62,223 nucleotides of DNA, filler included, from Deltaproteobacteria bacterium (GCA_016283195.1; 4 parts of 4 records of this genome joined end to end with filler, not necessarily neighbours in it), one strand, 5' to 3'; shown: positions 1 to 9,935, numbered from the whole stretch's first letter. Made by a program: numbers and translations. The notes: a model not told the origin generated them from the letters alone.

Positions 1-2
1 CA

Positions 3-140
3 ACTGGGCAACGTTGTGGGCCAACCGGTTATTGCGAAATCGATTACACTGGGAATTGTAGCACAAGTAGTCAGTGTGTAAGCCGCTGCTGTAGTCATGT
101 TTGTTTGACACCAATACAAAATACTTGTTCTAATCCGTAG
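3..140 (+). CDS. 3' end of a Cys-rich protein (5' truncated by window start)
   Basis: My translation of frame +3: TGQRCGPTGYCEIDYTGNCSTSSQCVSRCCSHVCLTPIQNTCSNP*, TAG at 138-140. 8 Cys in 45 aa, like other Cys-rich proteins in the window. Confidence 0.6.
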   Translation, partial: TGQRCGPTGYCEIDYTGNCSTSSQCVSRCCSHVCLTPIQNTCSNP

Positions 141-529
141 TATTCTGCTGCAAAGTAAACTCCCACGCTTTTTTGACTCATCCATTTTCTCACAATTAAA
201 TACATTAGCCCGCTAAATAGTATCCCACAGAGTTCACAAATTTTCCTACCATAGTCTAACAGAAATCCGGACTATATTTAGGGCTGCTGCTTAAAAACAG
301 CATAGTGCCGACCATGTGTGTCTTATTAATAAGATGATGAGCTAAACTTTTCTTCTTCAGCTTTTAAACTAATTAGAATTCTGAGATTTTTTCTTGCTGT
401 TTTGCCATTTTTTCGCCAACAAAAAAACAACTCTTTGATTTTAAAGTAATATCTATTCACAAAGGCTTGCTTAAATGGGCTTAGGTAAGCGCTTGGAGCT
501 CTGCCAGAGAAAGGCCAGTATCGTAAAGA

Positions 530-2539
530 CTACATTTTTTGTTTCGCCCGCCACCTGAGCCCCAGCAGCAAGAAGAGCCCTAAAAACATCCACAGCGCCC
601 CGCTCGCCTGCCCGGCGGCAGAAGCATTGCAGTGACAACCGCCCTCCGGCACAGTGGGCTGAGCTTCCGCATCATCTGCCGGGTCTTTTCCCGGCCGGCA
701 AACATAGCCATCGCAGAAAAAGCCCTCATCGCACATATTGTTCAAAATACAATAACCATCTATACAAGTGCCGCCGCGGCAGGTATCGCCATAGCAGGGA
801 GAGACACAGCGGCCACAACGACAACTGCCCTCATCCATACAAACAACATTGTTATCTGTGATGCCGTCGCAGTTATTATCGAGACCATCGCAAAATTCTT
901 CAATCGGGCCGATATTGCCTTTGCAACCGGTCCAATAACCATGTTCACAGGTTTGTGTTCCGCTTTCGCAAGTGCCCTGATTGCTGCCGCAGGCAATCTC
1001 TTTGCCTTCAATACATTCGCAATATTCATCAACTTGGCCATCGCAGTCGTTATCCAGGCCGTCACAGGGGTCGTCTTCTTCACCGTAAACAGCGCCGACA
1101 CATTCGCCCCAGGTGCCGTTTTGGCAAGTCTGCGTGCCCATTTTGCAAATACCGACACTACTCTGTCCGCAGGGGGAAGTGGTACCATTGACACATTTGC
1201 AATCTTCATCGGTATAGCCGTCACAATCTTCATCTTCGCGGCCATCGCATACTTCGGGAATGGGAGTAACAGCGTTTTCACACTCACCCCAGGTTCCGTC
1301 GCTTTTACAGCGCTGAGTGCCAGGTTTACAGCGCCCTTTATCCAGGCCGCACTTTTGCTCTGTACCGGGGGTGCAATCACAATTTTCATCAATCTGGCCA
1401 TTGCAATCGTTATCCTGACCATCACAAACTTCGGCACTCACCGGCACTTCGCATTCTCCCCAGTGACCGTTATTACACTTTTCAACACCAACACCGCAGC
1501 TGGTGGTACAAGTACGCGAAAGGCCGTCATCTACCTGACCGTTGCAATCATTATCATGGCCGTCACATATTTCGGCGCTCACCGGCACTTCGCATTCACC
1601 ATAGTTGCCGTTAATGCAGCGCTTTATCCCGGATCCGCAATCCGTTGCACAAGCTATATTAATGCCGTCATCCACCTGGCCATTGCAATCATTATCCAGG
1701 CCATCACAAACTTCGGAAGTGGTTATTTGAGTAATAGCGGCCAGAGCCCTTTGCAAGGCCGCTTTATCGGCCGCGTTATAATAACAATCGCCCGCTGCCC
1801 CGTCGGCACAGCCATCCTTGTTCGTGCCACCGGCCACAGCCATTTGGTCGAGAGTTGTTTTATCCACCCCGTCACCAAAACCTACTACGAAAGTATTAAT
1901 GCCTTTCTTCTTTAAATCCCCAACCAATCTCACCAAATCACTGCGATTTTCAGCCAGCTCTTCAGGCACAAAATAATTAGCAGTGCCATATCCCTGGCCG
2001 CTGTTGCAATCCGGCTCGTCATCGTAATCGCCGCCATTGCAACAATCCTGAATACCATCGGTGATGAGAATAATATAATTACGCCGCTCTAAATCTTCAA
2101 GCGCCGTTATCTCCGCCGCATTATTTAAAGCTTGATACATAGGGGTATCGTAATCACTCCGCGGGCCGCCAAAAAAATTGGCTTCACCCGGCGTAAGATA
2201 TGAGGAAATAGCCATACTGCTCCCAAGGCCTAAATCAACAGCTAACAGAGTATCTACAGAACAATATACTTTTACCGTTTCCGGCGCCGGAGAAGGAAAA
2301 ACTTTGAGGCCGTAACGAATTTTGTCATCGCTGGCCGTCACCACCGCTTTAATGGCATCAACCGCCTGGTTATATTTACTGCCGGCCGTTGAAGCTTTGC
2401 CCATACTGCCGGAAATATCAAATAAAATAAGGACATTAGGGCTTGCACAATTAGCACTTTCAGCCACACTTTTCCGCAAGTCGGCAAAAGTTGTCAGGAG
2501 AACGGCCGCACACACCAGCAATGAAAATCTGCTTTTCAT
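530..2539 (-). CDS. Secreted vWA-domain protein with Cys/Asp-rich repeats (PF11617-like, E-x-CDG-x-DNDC-x-G-x-x-D) and a MYXO-CTERM-type C-terminal anchor
   Basis: Signal peptide; vWA MIDAS motif DISGSM plus ITDG; about six CDGxDxDCxG repeats; C-terminus GGCHCN...GALWMFLGLFLLLGLRWRAK; RBS GAGGAG upstream. Confidence 0.85.
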   Translation of the reverse strand: MKSRFSLLVCAAVLLTTFADLRKSVAESANCASPNVLILFDISGSMGKASTAGSKYNQAVDAIKAVVTASDDKIRYGLKVFPSPAPETVKVYCSVDTLLAVDLGLGSSMAISSYLTPGEANFFGGPRSDYDTPMYQALNNAAEITALEDLERRNYIILITDGIQDCCNGGDYDDEPDCNSGQGYGTANYFVPEELAENRSDLVRLVGDLKKKGINTFVVGFGDGVDKTTLDQMAVAGGTNKDGCADGAAGDCYYNAADKAALQRALAAITQITTSEVCDGLDNDCNGQVDDGINIACATDCGSGIKRCINGNYGECEVPVSAEICDGHDNDCNGQVDDGLSRTCTTSCGVGVEKCNNGHWGECEVPVSAEVCDGQDNDCNGQIDENCDCTPGTEQKCGLDKGRCKPGTQRCKSDGTWGECENAVTPIPEVCDGREDEDCDGYTDEDCKCVNGTTSPCGQSSVGICKMGTQTCQNGTWGECVGAVYGEEDDPCDGLDNDCDGQVDEYCECIEGKEIACGSNQGTCESGTQTCEHGYWTGCKGNIGPIEEFCDGLDNNCDGITDNNVVCMDEGSCRCGRCVSPCYGDTCRGGTCIDGYCILNNMCDEGFFCDGYVCRPGKDPADDAEAQPTVPEGGCHCNASAAGQASGALWMFLGLFLLLGLRWRAKQKM

Positions 2540-2548
2540 AACTCCTCC

Positions 2549-3547
2549 TCAGCGGTATAGGTCAAGATCACTGTTCTCAAGCGGCAAAGCCGCCACATAT
2601 TCTACACTTTTTCCGCTTCTAAGCTCAACAGAAAGTTCTTCTTTACTCCCCGGCTCACCATAGCGAACCACAATAGCAGCCGCCAGTTTTTTCAAAGTCT
2701 CATCAGCCGGTCCTTCCAAAATAGCCAATGGTCCAGGGCGCTCTTCCGCCAGCTGTAATATTATATCATCACTCTCAGCTAACTGTTCTAATTTATTATT
2801 ATCTTTTTCATCACGGCCCACTACCAGGCGCACTTTTTCGGAAAGGAAAAACTGCCGGCCCACCTTGAGTTTTTCAATACTGGCACGTTCCGGGTGCGGA
2901 TAAATGCGCATCAGCGCGCGCATCCGGCGGGCAAATTCCGGCTCGGTTAAAAGACAGCCGCCGGCAGGACTCGGATAATCTGTAAGCCCATATTCCGCGG
3001 CGAGAGCCATTTGCGGCTTACGCGAGCGGCCGCTTAAAGCCAGGAGTTTTTCTCTATCCACCAGCCCTTCCCGCTCCATAGCCGTTTCCGGCAAAAGTTT
3101 GGCCGAAAGAGGACGCAATATTTTTTCGCTTATCCCCGATGATTTAGCCACCACGCCAAGAGAGACCAAATTTTGCGACATCGGCCGCTGGCCCAATACT
3201 TCACCGGAAGCTAAAAAATCGGCCTCAAGTTCCGACAAAAGCTCACCGGCCCGGCGAAACATCATGGCATGACAATCGATACAGGGATTCAAATTTTTGC
3301 CTAAACCGTGCGGCGGATTTTTTACAAGCGCCATAATCTCATCATGCACATCGACAACTTTAATGGCTATTCCCAGAGCACCAGCCGCTTTTTTGGCTCT
3401 TTCCGCGCCGTAAAAGGCACTGGTAAAAGCCAAAGCAATAACCTCAATACCTTGATTTAACAAAACTTTCGCTGCAAGCTGGCTATCAAGTCCGCCGGAC
3501 ATCAATACCAGAGCCCGCACTTTTTTCTCTTTTTTTTCCTTTTCCAA
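2549..3547 (-). CDS. PP-loop tRNA sulfurtransferase-like protein (ThiI/MnmA-related, DUF814-like C-terminus)
   Basis: SGGLDS PP-loop, CIDCH, SGEVLGQRPMSQ, PAGGCLLT. Start moved to TTG 3547 behind GGGAGG. Confidence 0.75.
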   Translation of the reverse strand: MEKEKKEKKVRALVLMSGGLDSQLAAKVLLNQGIEVIALAFTSAFYGAERAKKAAGALGIAIKVVDVHDEIMALVKNPPHGLGKNLNPCIDCHAMMFRRAGELLSELEADFLASGEVLGQRPMSQNLVSLGVVAKSSGISEKILRPLSAKLLPETAMEREGLVDREKLLALSGRSRKPQMALAAEYGLTDYPSPAGGCLLTEPEFARRMRALMRIYPHPERASIEKLKVGRQFFLSEKVRLVVGRDEKDNNKLEQLAESDDIILQLAEERPGPLAILEGPADETLKKLAAAIVVRYGEPGSKEELSVELRSGKSVEYVAALPLENSDLDLYR

Positions 3548-3693
3548 TTCGGCCTCCCAAAAAATTAGCGAATTAGTGACAGAGGTCACCGTATTAACTC
3601 AAAAAATAGTTATAATGTTATTAGTCTTGTTTTGCAGCAAGATTTTTGGTAGAGCAGGAAGCAGCGCTTATACTTTGGAGGAATAAGCAAGCA

Positions 3694-5373
3694 ATGAAAA
3701 GAGAAAAAACTTTTGTTCTACTAGCTTCCATTCTACTACTTGCCCCAATTGCCAAGGCCGACGAAGCGGCCGCGGAAGCCGATGCTTCCACAGATGTAGT
3801 AGCTAACAATCAGAGAGTCCAAACACAAGGCGGCCAGGAAATGAGTGAATCAGCTGCCGCCAGTTTGGCCAATGCTTCGGATTTACGCTCGGCTGCCGAT
3901 TCCAAAAAACTGGAGCAGCTGGATTTCTCACTGGCCATGGCCACCATCGCTCTGCGGCGCGGTAATATTCCGGAAGCCAAAAAGCAAGTGGAATACGGTC
4001 TCACTTTTGCCGATGACAATTCTCAACTTTGGTACCTCTCCGGCCTCGTTAGAAGTGCCGAAGAAAATTGGGAAAACGCTGTAGAATCATTCAAAAAAGC
4101 CAAAGATCTCGACAGCGCGCGGGATGTTTCTTTTGAGCTGGCCAATGCCTATTATCACCTGGGTAAACTGGCCGAAGCCGGTGAAGCCTTAAATGATTGT
4201 CACACCGTAAATTGTAATATGTTGCATGGCTTTATTGCTCTGGATGCCGAAGAATACAGCGAAGCTGTTACTTATTTTGATAAAAGCGCCGATGCCGCTT
4301 CCGATTCTCAACCGGAAGCTACTCTGCCGGCTGTTTATTACAGTGCGGCCACCAAATTGGCTATGGGCTCCTTCAAAGAGGCCCGGGCGACACTCAATAA
4401 AAGCTATGCTCTTTCTAAAAAGCACGCTCCTTGGGCTATTTTATATGCCGGCTTAAAAAGAAATTTACAATTATTTAATTTTTATGGTGCTTTAGGTTTT
4501 CACTTCGACAGCAATATCAACCGCATCAGCGATGTAACCATCGAGCAATTGAAACTGGCCGGCAAAAGTAATATGGCCGACTTGCGCTTTGATATACAAC
4601 TGGCCGGGAATTTCCGCTATTTCTTCACCAATAATCTGCGCATGAATTTAAATATCGGCTTTAACCAACAGCTCTATTTGCTGGAAGGGCCTGATACTCG
4701 CGCCTTCAACATGACCAGCATTCAAGGCGGCCTCTCACTCGCTTACGGCTGGGGCAAAAGGCCAACTTTAAATTATGTCTCTCTTTCTTATAACATAGTT
4801 CCTATGTGGGTTTTGGGCGAAGCGCATAAATACGATGTCGGCCTGGATTTCTTTGCTTTGGCCCAAGAATTGGGGCCAACTGTCAATCTTACTCTGGGCA
4901 AAGGCACATTGAATGCCGGCTATAAGCTGCTCATCGACCATTACGACGATACAGCCCTCGTGCCCGGCGTACAAAAAGATGCCCGCAACGACTTTATCAA
5001 TCGCCTTCATGCCAGTTATATGCACCGCGTAGTAAGCTCTTTAAGTTTGGGCGGCGCTCTTAACAGCGGCTATGCCAATGCTAAAAGCGATGAATTCGAT
5101 CGCGGTTTCTTCGGCGCTAATTTCCGCTTAGTGTGGGCTCCCACCTATCGTGGCACCATCGGCGCGGACATCGGTTACAGCCTTAATAAATACGCTCGGA
5201 GCAGCATGGACCGTTTGGATAATCAACTCAATGTTTCGGTACAACTCGCTAGCTTGCTCAATCGCTTTATGAATATGGGCATTGATGTAATGTACACCCA
5301 CCGCTGGTCAACGGTGGATATTTATGAATATGACCGTATTTTAGTAGGCTTTAACGTAGCGTGGACTTTATAA
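3694..5373 (+). CDS. TPR-containing outer-membrane beta-barrel protein (Slam/DUF560-like architecture)
   Basis: Signal peptide; TPR-like helices (LWYLSGLV, FELANAYYHLG); alternating amphipathic strands; C-terminal beta-signal-like VGFNVAWTL; GGAGG before ATG 3694. Confidence 0.7.
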   Translation: MKREKTFVLLASILLLAPIAKADEAAAEADASTDVVANNQRVQTQGGQEMSESAAASLANASDLRSAADSKKLEQLDFSLAMATIALRRGNIPEAKKQVEYGLTFADDNSQLWYLSGLVRSAEENWENAVESFKKAKDLDSARDVSFELANAYYHLGKLAEAGEALNDCHTVNCNMLHGFIALDAEEYSEAVTYFDKSADAASDSQPEATLPAVYYSAATKLAMGSFKEARATLNKSYALSKKHAPWAILYAGLKRNLQLFNFYGALGFHFDSNINRISDVTIEQLKLAGKSNMADLRFDIQLAGNFRYFFTNNLRMNLNIGFNQQLYLLEGPDTRAFNMTSIQGGLSLAYGWGKRPTLNYVSLSYNIVPMWVLGEAHKYDVGLDFFALAQELGPTVNLTLGKGTLNAGYKLLIDHYDDTALVPGVQKDARNDFINRLHASYMHRVVSSLSLGGALNSGYANAKSDEFDRGFFGANFRLVWAPTYRGTIGADIGYSLNKYARSSMDRLDNQLNVSVQLASLLNRFMNMGIDVMYTHRWSTVDIYEYDRILVGFNVAWTL

Positions 5374-5389
5374 CGCGAAGGAGGTTTTT

Positions 5390-6163
5390 ATGAACGCTCT
5401 ATTTTTATCATGTGCGCTGGTTGCCGCTTCTCTCGGCCTAACTTCCGAAGTAGTGGAATTGCAAGGGACTGTCACCGTTACTCGCGGCGAAAAAGAAGTT
5501 GCCGCCGTTATCGGTATGCAGCTGAACACCGGCGATATTGTAGCCACGCAAAAAGATAGCCGCATCGCCTTTATGATGCCGGGCAATTCTCTGGTAACTC
5601 TCGGCAGCAACAGTCGTTTGCAAATCACCGAAAGCAAAGAAGAAAAAGATAGTTTTAAATCAGCTGTCAGCCTCTTTAAAGGGCGTCTGCGCAGCTTGGT
5701 AGGCGGCATTTTTGGCCGCAAAGTGGCTTTTGACGCCAAAACTCCCAATGCTGTTGCCGGTGTGCGCGGTACTTACATCATGGCCGAAGTCGGCGAAAAC
5801 GGTGCACCCGATAATTTCTATTCGATTAACGGCAATCTGGAAGTAATCGGCAATAACGGCGCCAGTATGCTCCTCACTTCCGGCCAGGGCATTGCCGTTT
5901 CACCTACCGGCTTCGGCGATCGCCTAACTCTTAATGACAACCAATTTTCGCAAATAAATGGCGATACTCAAGTGAATATCACCATACCTCAAGCTACTTT
6001 AGCGGCCACAGTAAATAAAGATATCAATAATCCGGCAACTAAAGTTCAGGTTCACGAGACTGCCACTAATAACAATGCCGCCAATAATGATCCGCTTGAA
6101 GACGCTGGCAACACGGTAACTGCTAAACCGGATAAACTCGATATTCACATTACATTGAACTAA
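5390..6163 (+). CDS. Secreted FecR-domain protein
   Basis: Signal peptide; L-x-x-GD-x-V-x-T, TLGSNSRL and TPNAVAGVRGT motifs typical of FecR (PF04773). Confidence 0.8.
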   Translation: MNALFLSCALVAASLGLTSEVVELQGTVTVTRGEKEVAAVIGMQLNTGDIVATQKDSRIAFMMPGNSLVTLGSNSRLQITESKEEKDSFKSAVSLFKGRLRSLVGGIFGRKVAFDAKTPNAVAGVRGTYIMAEVGENGAPDNFYSINGNLEVIGNNGASMLLTSGQGIAVSPTGFGDRLTLNDNQFSQINGDTQVNITIPQATLAATVNKDINNPATKVQVHETATNNNAANNDPLEDAGNTVTAKPDKLDIHITLN

Positions 6164-6198
6164 AGCGCGTTTGCTCTCACACTCAATTCTCCAAAAAA

Positions 6199-6756
6199 AT
6201 GAATATTTACACCAAAAAAGGCGATAGTGGTTTTACGGTTCTCGCCGGCGGGCAAAAAGTAGCTAAAAATTCTTGCTTGGTGGTAGCATACGGCGCTCTC
6301 GATGAAGTAAGCGCTCACCTGGCGAAGTGCCGCTATTTGGCCAAAGAGGACAAATTGCGCGAACTGCTCACTTATCTATTGCACAAGCTGGCTAATTGCG
6401 CTGCCCTTGCCGCCGGCTATCAGGATGAACAGAAGTGCCCGCTAAATGAAGCCGATGTAACTTATTTGGAAAAAGCCATAGACAGCTATAGCGCAAAAAC
6501 TCCACCCATTAACCATATTCTCGTGCCCGGCGGCTCAGAACTGGCTATCGAACTCAATCTGGCCCGCGCTGTTGTACGGCGCAGTGAGCTCTTGCTCTGG
6601 CAAGCACAAAACACGGAGGCTAAAATTCCACATTTCTTGCTTTGTTACATAAATAGATTATCGGATTTATTATTTATTTTAATGAATTATGTAAATAATG
6701 AAGATGGCGTATTAGCCGAAACCTGGGCTCCTTCTTTAGCGGCTCCTATGCTTTGA
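6199..6756 (+). CDS. pduO: PduO-type ATP:cob(I)alamin adenosyltransferase
   Basis: IYTKKGDSGFT, AYGALDE, RAVVRRSE and YINRLSDLLF signatures. Confidence 0.9.
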   Translation: MNIYTKKGDSGFTVLAGGQKVAKNSCLVVAYGALDEVSAHLAKCRYLAKEDKLRELLTYLLHKLANCAALAAGYQDEQKCPLNEADVTYLEKAIDSYSAKTPPINHILVPGGSELAIELNLARAVVRRSELLLWQAQNTEAKIPHFLLCYINRLSDLLFILMNYVNNEDGVLAETWAPSLAAPML

Positions 6757-7388
6757 TTTCCTCTGACAGCCGACAAAACCTGCTCCATTACCGAAGCTCT
6801 ATCTTCCAAGTTGGAGACAATATCTATATGCGTTGTATCTATTTTAAGCACCGGTACGCTGTCAAAATGGGCAAAAAACTGCTGATATGCAGTGGATAAA
6901 GTAGATAAATAATCAGGTTCTATTGATTGTTCGTATTCACGGCCACGCTTTTTGATGCGCGAAAGCAACACTTCCAAAGGCGCAGTGAGATAAACAACCA
7001 AATCCGGCCTCGTGAGGCGCGGCGACATAATATCAAAAATGCGATCGTAAAGCATAAGCTCATCGCCATCTAAATTGATGCAGGCAAAAATGCGATCTTT
7101 ATTAAAAAGATAATCGGAAACAATGTTTTGCTCAAAAAGGTCCTGCTGACGAATGCTTTGTTGCTGTTTAAAACGGCAGAGGAGAAAAAAGAGCTGCGTT
7201 TGAAAGGCCACACTCTTGCGATCTTCATAAAAGCGGCGCAAAAAGGGGTTTTCTTCAAATTGCTCATACACAGTGCGAGCATGAAGGTGTTCGGCCAAAA
7301 GATTAGTCAGAGTGGTTTTGCCAACACCAATCGGCCCTTCCATGGCAATATACATCGGTCTCTTGGAAACTAAAGAATCTTCGCTCAT
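6687..7388 (-). CDS. Deoxynucleoside kinase (Dck/Dgk family)
   Basis: EGPIGVGKTT P-loop, ENPFL, FQTQLFFL, RIKKRGR lid. Start moved to ATG 7388, just after the upstream stop. Confidence 0.9.
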   Translation of the reverse strand: MSEDSLVSKRPMYIAMEGPIGVGKTTLTNLLAEHLHARTVYEQFEENPFLRRFYEDRKSVAFQTQLFFLLCRFKQQQSIRQQDLFEQNIVSDYLFNKDRIFACINLDGDELMLYDRIFDIMSPRLTRPDLVVYLTAPLEVLLSRIKKRGREYEQSIEPDYLSTLSTAYQQFFAHFDSVPVLKIDTTHIDIVSNLEDRASVMEQVLSAVRGNQSIGAAKEGAQVSANTPSSLFT

Positions 7389-7389
7389 T

Positions 7390-8946
7390 TCATTTACGCT
7401 CAAATTTGTCATCGCTGTTGGTGTTATAAGTTATATTAGAAGTATAAGTAGTGTTTTGCTGACGCTTGGCATAAGCATCCCTAGCCATTTGGTCAAAATG
7501 CTTGGTAAACCAAATACCGATGCCGATGCCGCCGATAATAGCTCCTACAGCCAGAGCAATTTCCAGCCAGGAGCTGCCGGTACCGGTATAATAACCTGCC
7601 CCGCTTCCCAAAATGGCCACGACCAAAAGCAGCACTAAAAGAGCAGCCAAAACGGCCCACTTGGCCCAGGGCGGAAAAACAAAGGGTTTATCTTCTTTAA
7701 ATTTATCTTCGGTTTTTTCAGCTTCTTTGGCTGCCGCTTCGCCCTGCAATTTGAGCCAATAACCAAAAAGGGCGCCCACAGCTAAAGCCGACATAGCCGC
7801 TAAAAACCAGCCGGTGGCATAAGTATTGCCGCTGCTGTAGTATTCCACAGCCGGTACGGTAGCGGTAAAAATAGCCAGGAGAATGGCTAAAATCAGTAAA
7901 ATATGACGCATCCAGGCCGGACGCTCTTTAGGCGGCTCGGGAGTGGCAAATTCATCGGCAAATTCATCTTCATTATCGCTTTTTTCCGAAGCGGCCAGCG
8001 CCTGGCGCAGCAACCAGTAGCCTAAACCGAGCCCAATGGCCATAGCCGCACCGGAGGCCAAAAAGGAGAGCACGGTAAATTCGCCCTGCTCACCAAAAAA
8101 TGAGGTAGTGGGCACTGCTATCATCGTGCCGGCGGCCAGAGCCAAAAGCACAAAAGCTCCCCAGCGCACAGCCGGGCTGGCTGCTTTGGCCGGCTTTTCT
8201 TCATAATATCGATTAGCGCTAAATGCCGATTTTTTAGGGGTATTTTTATCAACTTCATCCATTTTTCTGGTGGCTAAAATGGCCAAAATAAGGCCGGAAG
8301 CCATAGCGGTAATAATAGCCACAAAGGATAGAATGGGATAACTCGTACCAAGTTCTGTCACCGTGAGAATAACAGTAAAGGCGATAAGCACGGCGGCCAC
8401 TACCAGCCAGAGCGCATAATTAGGCCCTTTATCAGTAGTGGTCATTGCAGCTAAAGATGAATTATATTCGCCGATTTCTTCAAATTCATCATCATCCTGC
8501 ATAAAGCCCTGATTCATAATCCAGTGAATAAGTGCCAGCCCCAAACCAACAGCCGCTACCACGCCAACCAGCCAAATGGCTTCCGGCCCCTGGCCGCCAA
8601 AGTAGCTGCTGGAGGGAATAAGCATAACGCCGACCGCCAGAGCCAAGCCCAAAATCGCGAGCAGCACTCTGCCCCAGGCAGGTAAACCGCGCTTTTCAGC
8701 TTTTGGGGCAGCTTTTTGAGAAAATTCCGGCAGGCGAATCTCTTTAGCTTCAACGCTGTTTCCGGCTTTAAAGATAAAAGCACCGCAGGCAAAACCAATA
8801 GCTACCGCCGCTGCGGCTGCCGCCGTCCAGAGCAAAGTACCTTTGTCGGTGCCCTCCTCAAAATAGAGACTGCCGGGAACGGCCAGGATGGCAATCGCCC
8901 CGGCGATAATAGCCACTACCGTCAGGATCTTTGCGCTCTTGGACAT
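7390..8946 (-). CDS. Polytopic membrane protein built from six repeated TM hairpins, function unknown
   Basis: Six pairs of hydrophobic segments separated by charged or acidic linkers; recurring P-x-W...(V/I)P...(Y/F)(Y/F)...G...W pattern. Confidence 0.75.
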   Translation of the reverse strand: MSKSAKILTVVAIIAGAIAILAVPGSLYFEEGTDKGTLLWTAAAAAAVAIGFACGAFIFKAGNSVEAKEIRLPEFSQKAAPKAEKRGLPAWGRVLLAILGLALAVGVMLIPSSSYFGGQGPEAIWLVGVVAAVGLGLALIHWIMNQGFMQDDDEFEEIGEYNSSLAAMTTTDKGPNYALWLVVAAVLIAFTVILTVTELGTSYPILSFVAIITAMASGLILAILATRKMDEVDKNTPKKSAFSANRYYEEKPAKAASPAVRWGAFVLLALAAGTMIAVPTTSFFGEQGEFTVLSFLASGAAMAIGLGLGYWLLRQALAASEKSDNEDEFADEFATPEPPKERPAWMRHILLILAILLAIFTATVPAVEYYSSGNTYATGWFLAAMSALAVGALFGYWLKLQGEAAAKEAEKTEDKFKEDKPFVFPPWAKWAVLAALLVLLLVVAILGSGAGYYTGTGSSWLEIALAVGAIIGGIGIGIWFTKHFDQMARDAYAKRQQNTTYTSNITYNTNSDDKFERK

Positions 8947-8967
8947 AGCTAAACCTCGCTACTAGCT

Positions 8968-9915
8968 TTACTTTGTCTCTTTAGAAGATTCTTTTTTGGC
9001 TTTCGGTTTAGCCGGTTTAACCACTTTGGGCTCTTTGGCTTTGTCCTCTTTGTCCGCTTTTACTTTTTTGTCGGCCTTGGGGGCAGGAGCGGCCGTTTTA
9101 GCCGCTTTAGCCACTTTTGGAGCTTTTGCCTCTGCCTCCTTGGGCGCTGCTTTATTCACCTTAGCAGCGGCTGCAACAAGCGCCGCATTTTGGGCCTCTT
9201 TGGCCTCTTTAAGCTGCTCTTCCTTAGCCAGCAATTCGGCTTTTAGACTCTCCAGCTCGGTTTTTAAGGCCTCTCTTGCGCTCTCGGCTTCGGTTTTATC
9301 GGTCTGGGCCAGTTTTACTTTATTGGCAGCGTCCTCGGCATCTTTGCGCATAATGCGCACTTTGCCTTCAAGATCAACCATTTGCAGCTTGAGCTCTTTA
9401 TTTTCGGCATTGGCTTTGGAGAGCATGGTGAGCTTTTCCTGAATAGCCAGTTCTTTAGTATCCAGCACCGATTTCAAGCGCTGCACCTCGGCCTCGGCCG
9501 TAAGAGCCTGGCGGCGTACCTCAGCCAGGCGCTCCTCTTTTTGGCGCAGCATTGATTCCAGCTTTTCGTACTCTTCGCCGCTTACCATATTGGTAATATC
9601 TATATCGGCTTTTTGAGGCGCTGGAGCGGTTAGCGCCGGCAAATCCTTGAGGCTTTCCTTAATATTAGCAGCTATAGCTGTCGGCAAATCTTTCACTCCG
9701 CCGGCAATACCGCTGCTGATGGCTTCGCTCAAAAAGGCTTTGCTGTTTTTTACTACCGCCCGGCTAATAGCCTTACCCAGGGCTTTGGTAAGAGTAGCCA
9801 CTTCAGATTCATCTTTTTTAGCTGTTATATTATTGTTATTATTCATATTCTGTTGCCGGCCCTTGTCATCGTTTTGATTGTTCCGGTAAAAATTCTGGCG
9901 ATTATCGGGATACAT
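8968..9915 (-). CDS. Coiled-coil protein with Asn/Gln-rich N-terminus and Lys/Ala/Pro-rich tail
   Basis: Heptad E/K/L/A-rich central region; KAPKVAKAAK-type tail; GGAGG upstream. Confidence 0.75.
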   Translation of the reverse strand: MYPDNRQNFYRNNQNDDKGRQQNMNNNNNITAKKDESEVATLTKALGKAISRAVVKNSKAFLSEAISSGIAGGVKDLPTAIAANIKESLKDLPALTAPAPQKADIDITNMVSGEEYEKLESMLRQKEERLAEVRRQALTAEAEVQRLKSVLDTKELAIQEKLTMLSKANAENKELKLQMVDLEGKVRIMRKDAEDAANKVKLAQTDKTEAESAREALKTELESLKAELLAKEEQLKEAKEAQNAALVAAAAKVNKAAPKEAEAKAPKVAKAAKTAAPAPKADKKVKADKEDKAKEPKVVKPAKPKAKKESSKETK

Positions 9916-9935
9916 AATTCCTCCAACTAATTACA

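Noticed and set aside
185-465. DnaA-box-like words (TATCCCACA, CTATTCACA) as a second origin
   Set aside because: Only degenerate matches, between convergent genes, with no replication genes nearby.
632-1915. 427-aa plus-strand ORF (and 760-1437 minus)
   Set aside because: Shadow frames of the repetitive vWA gene; no motifs or RBS.
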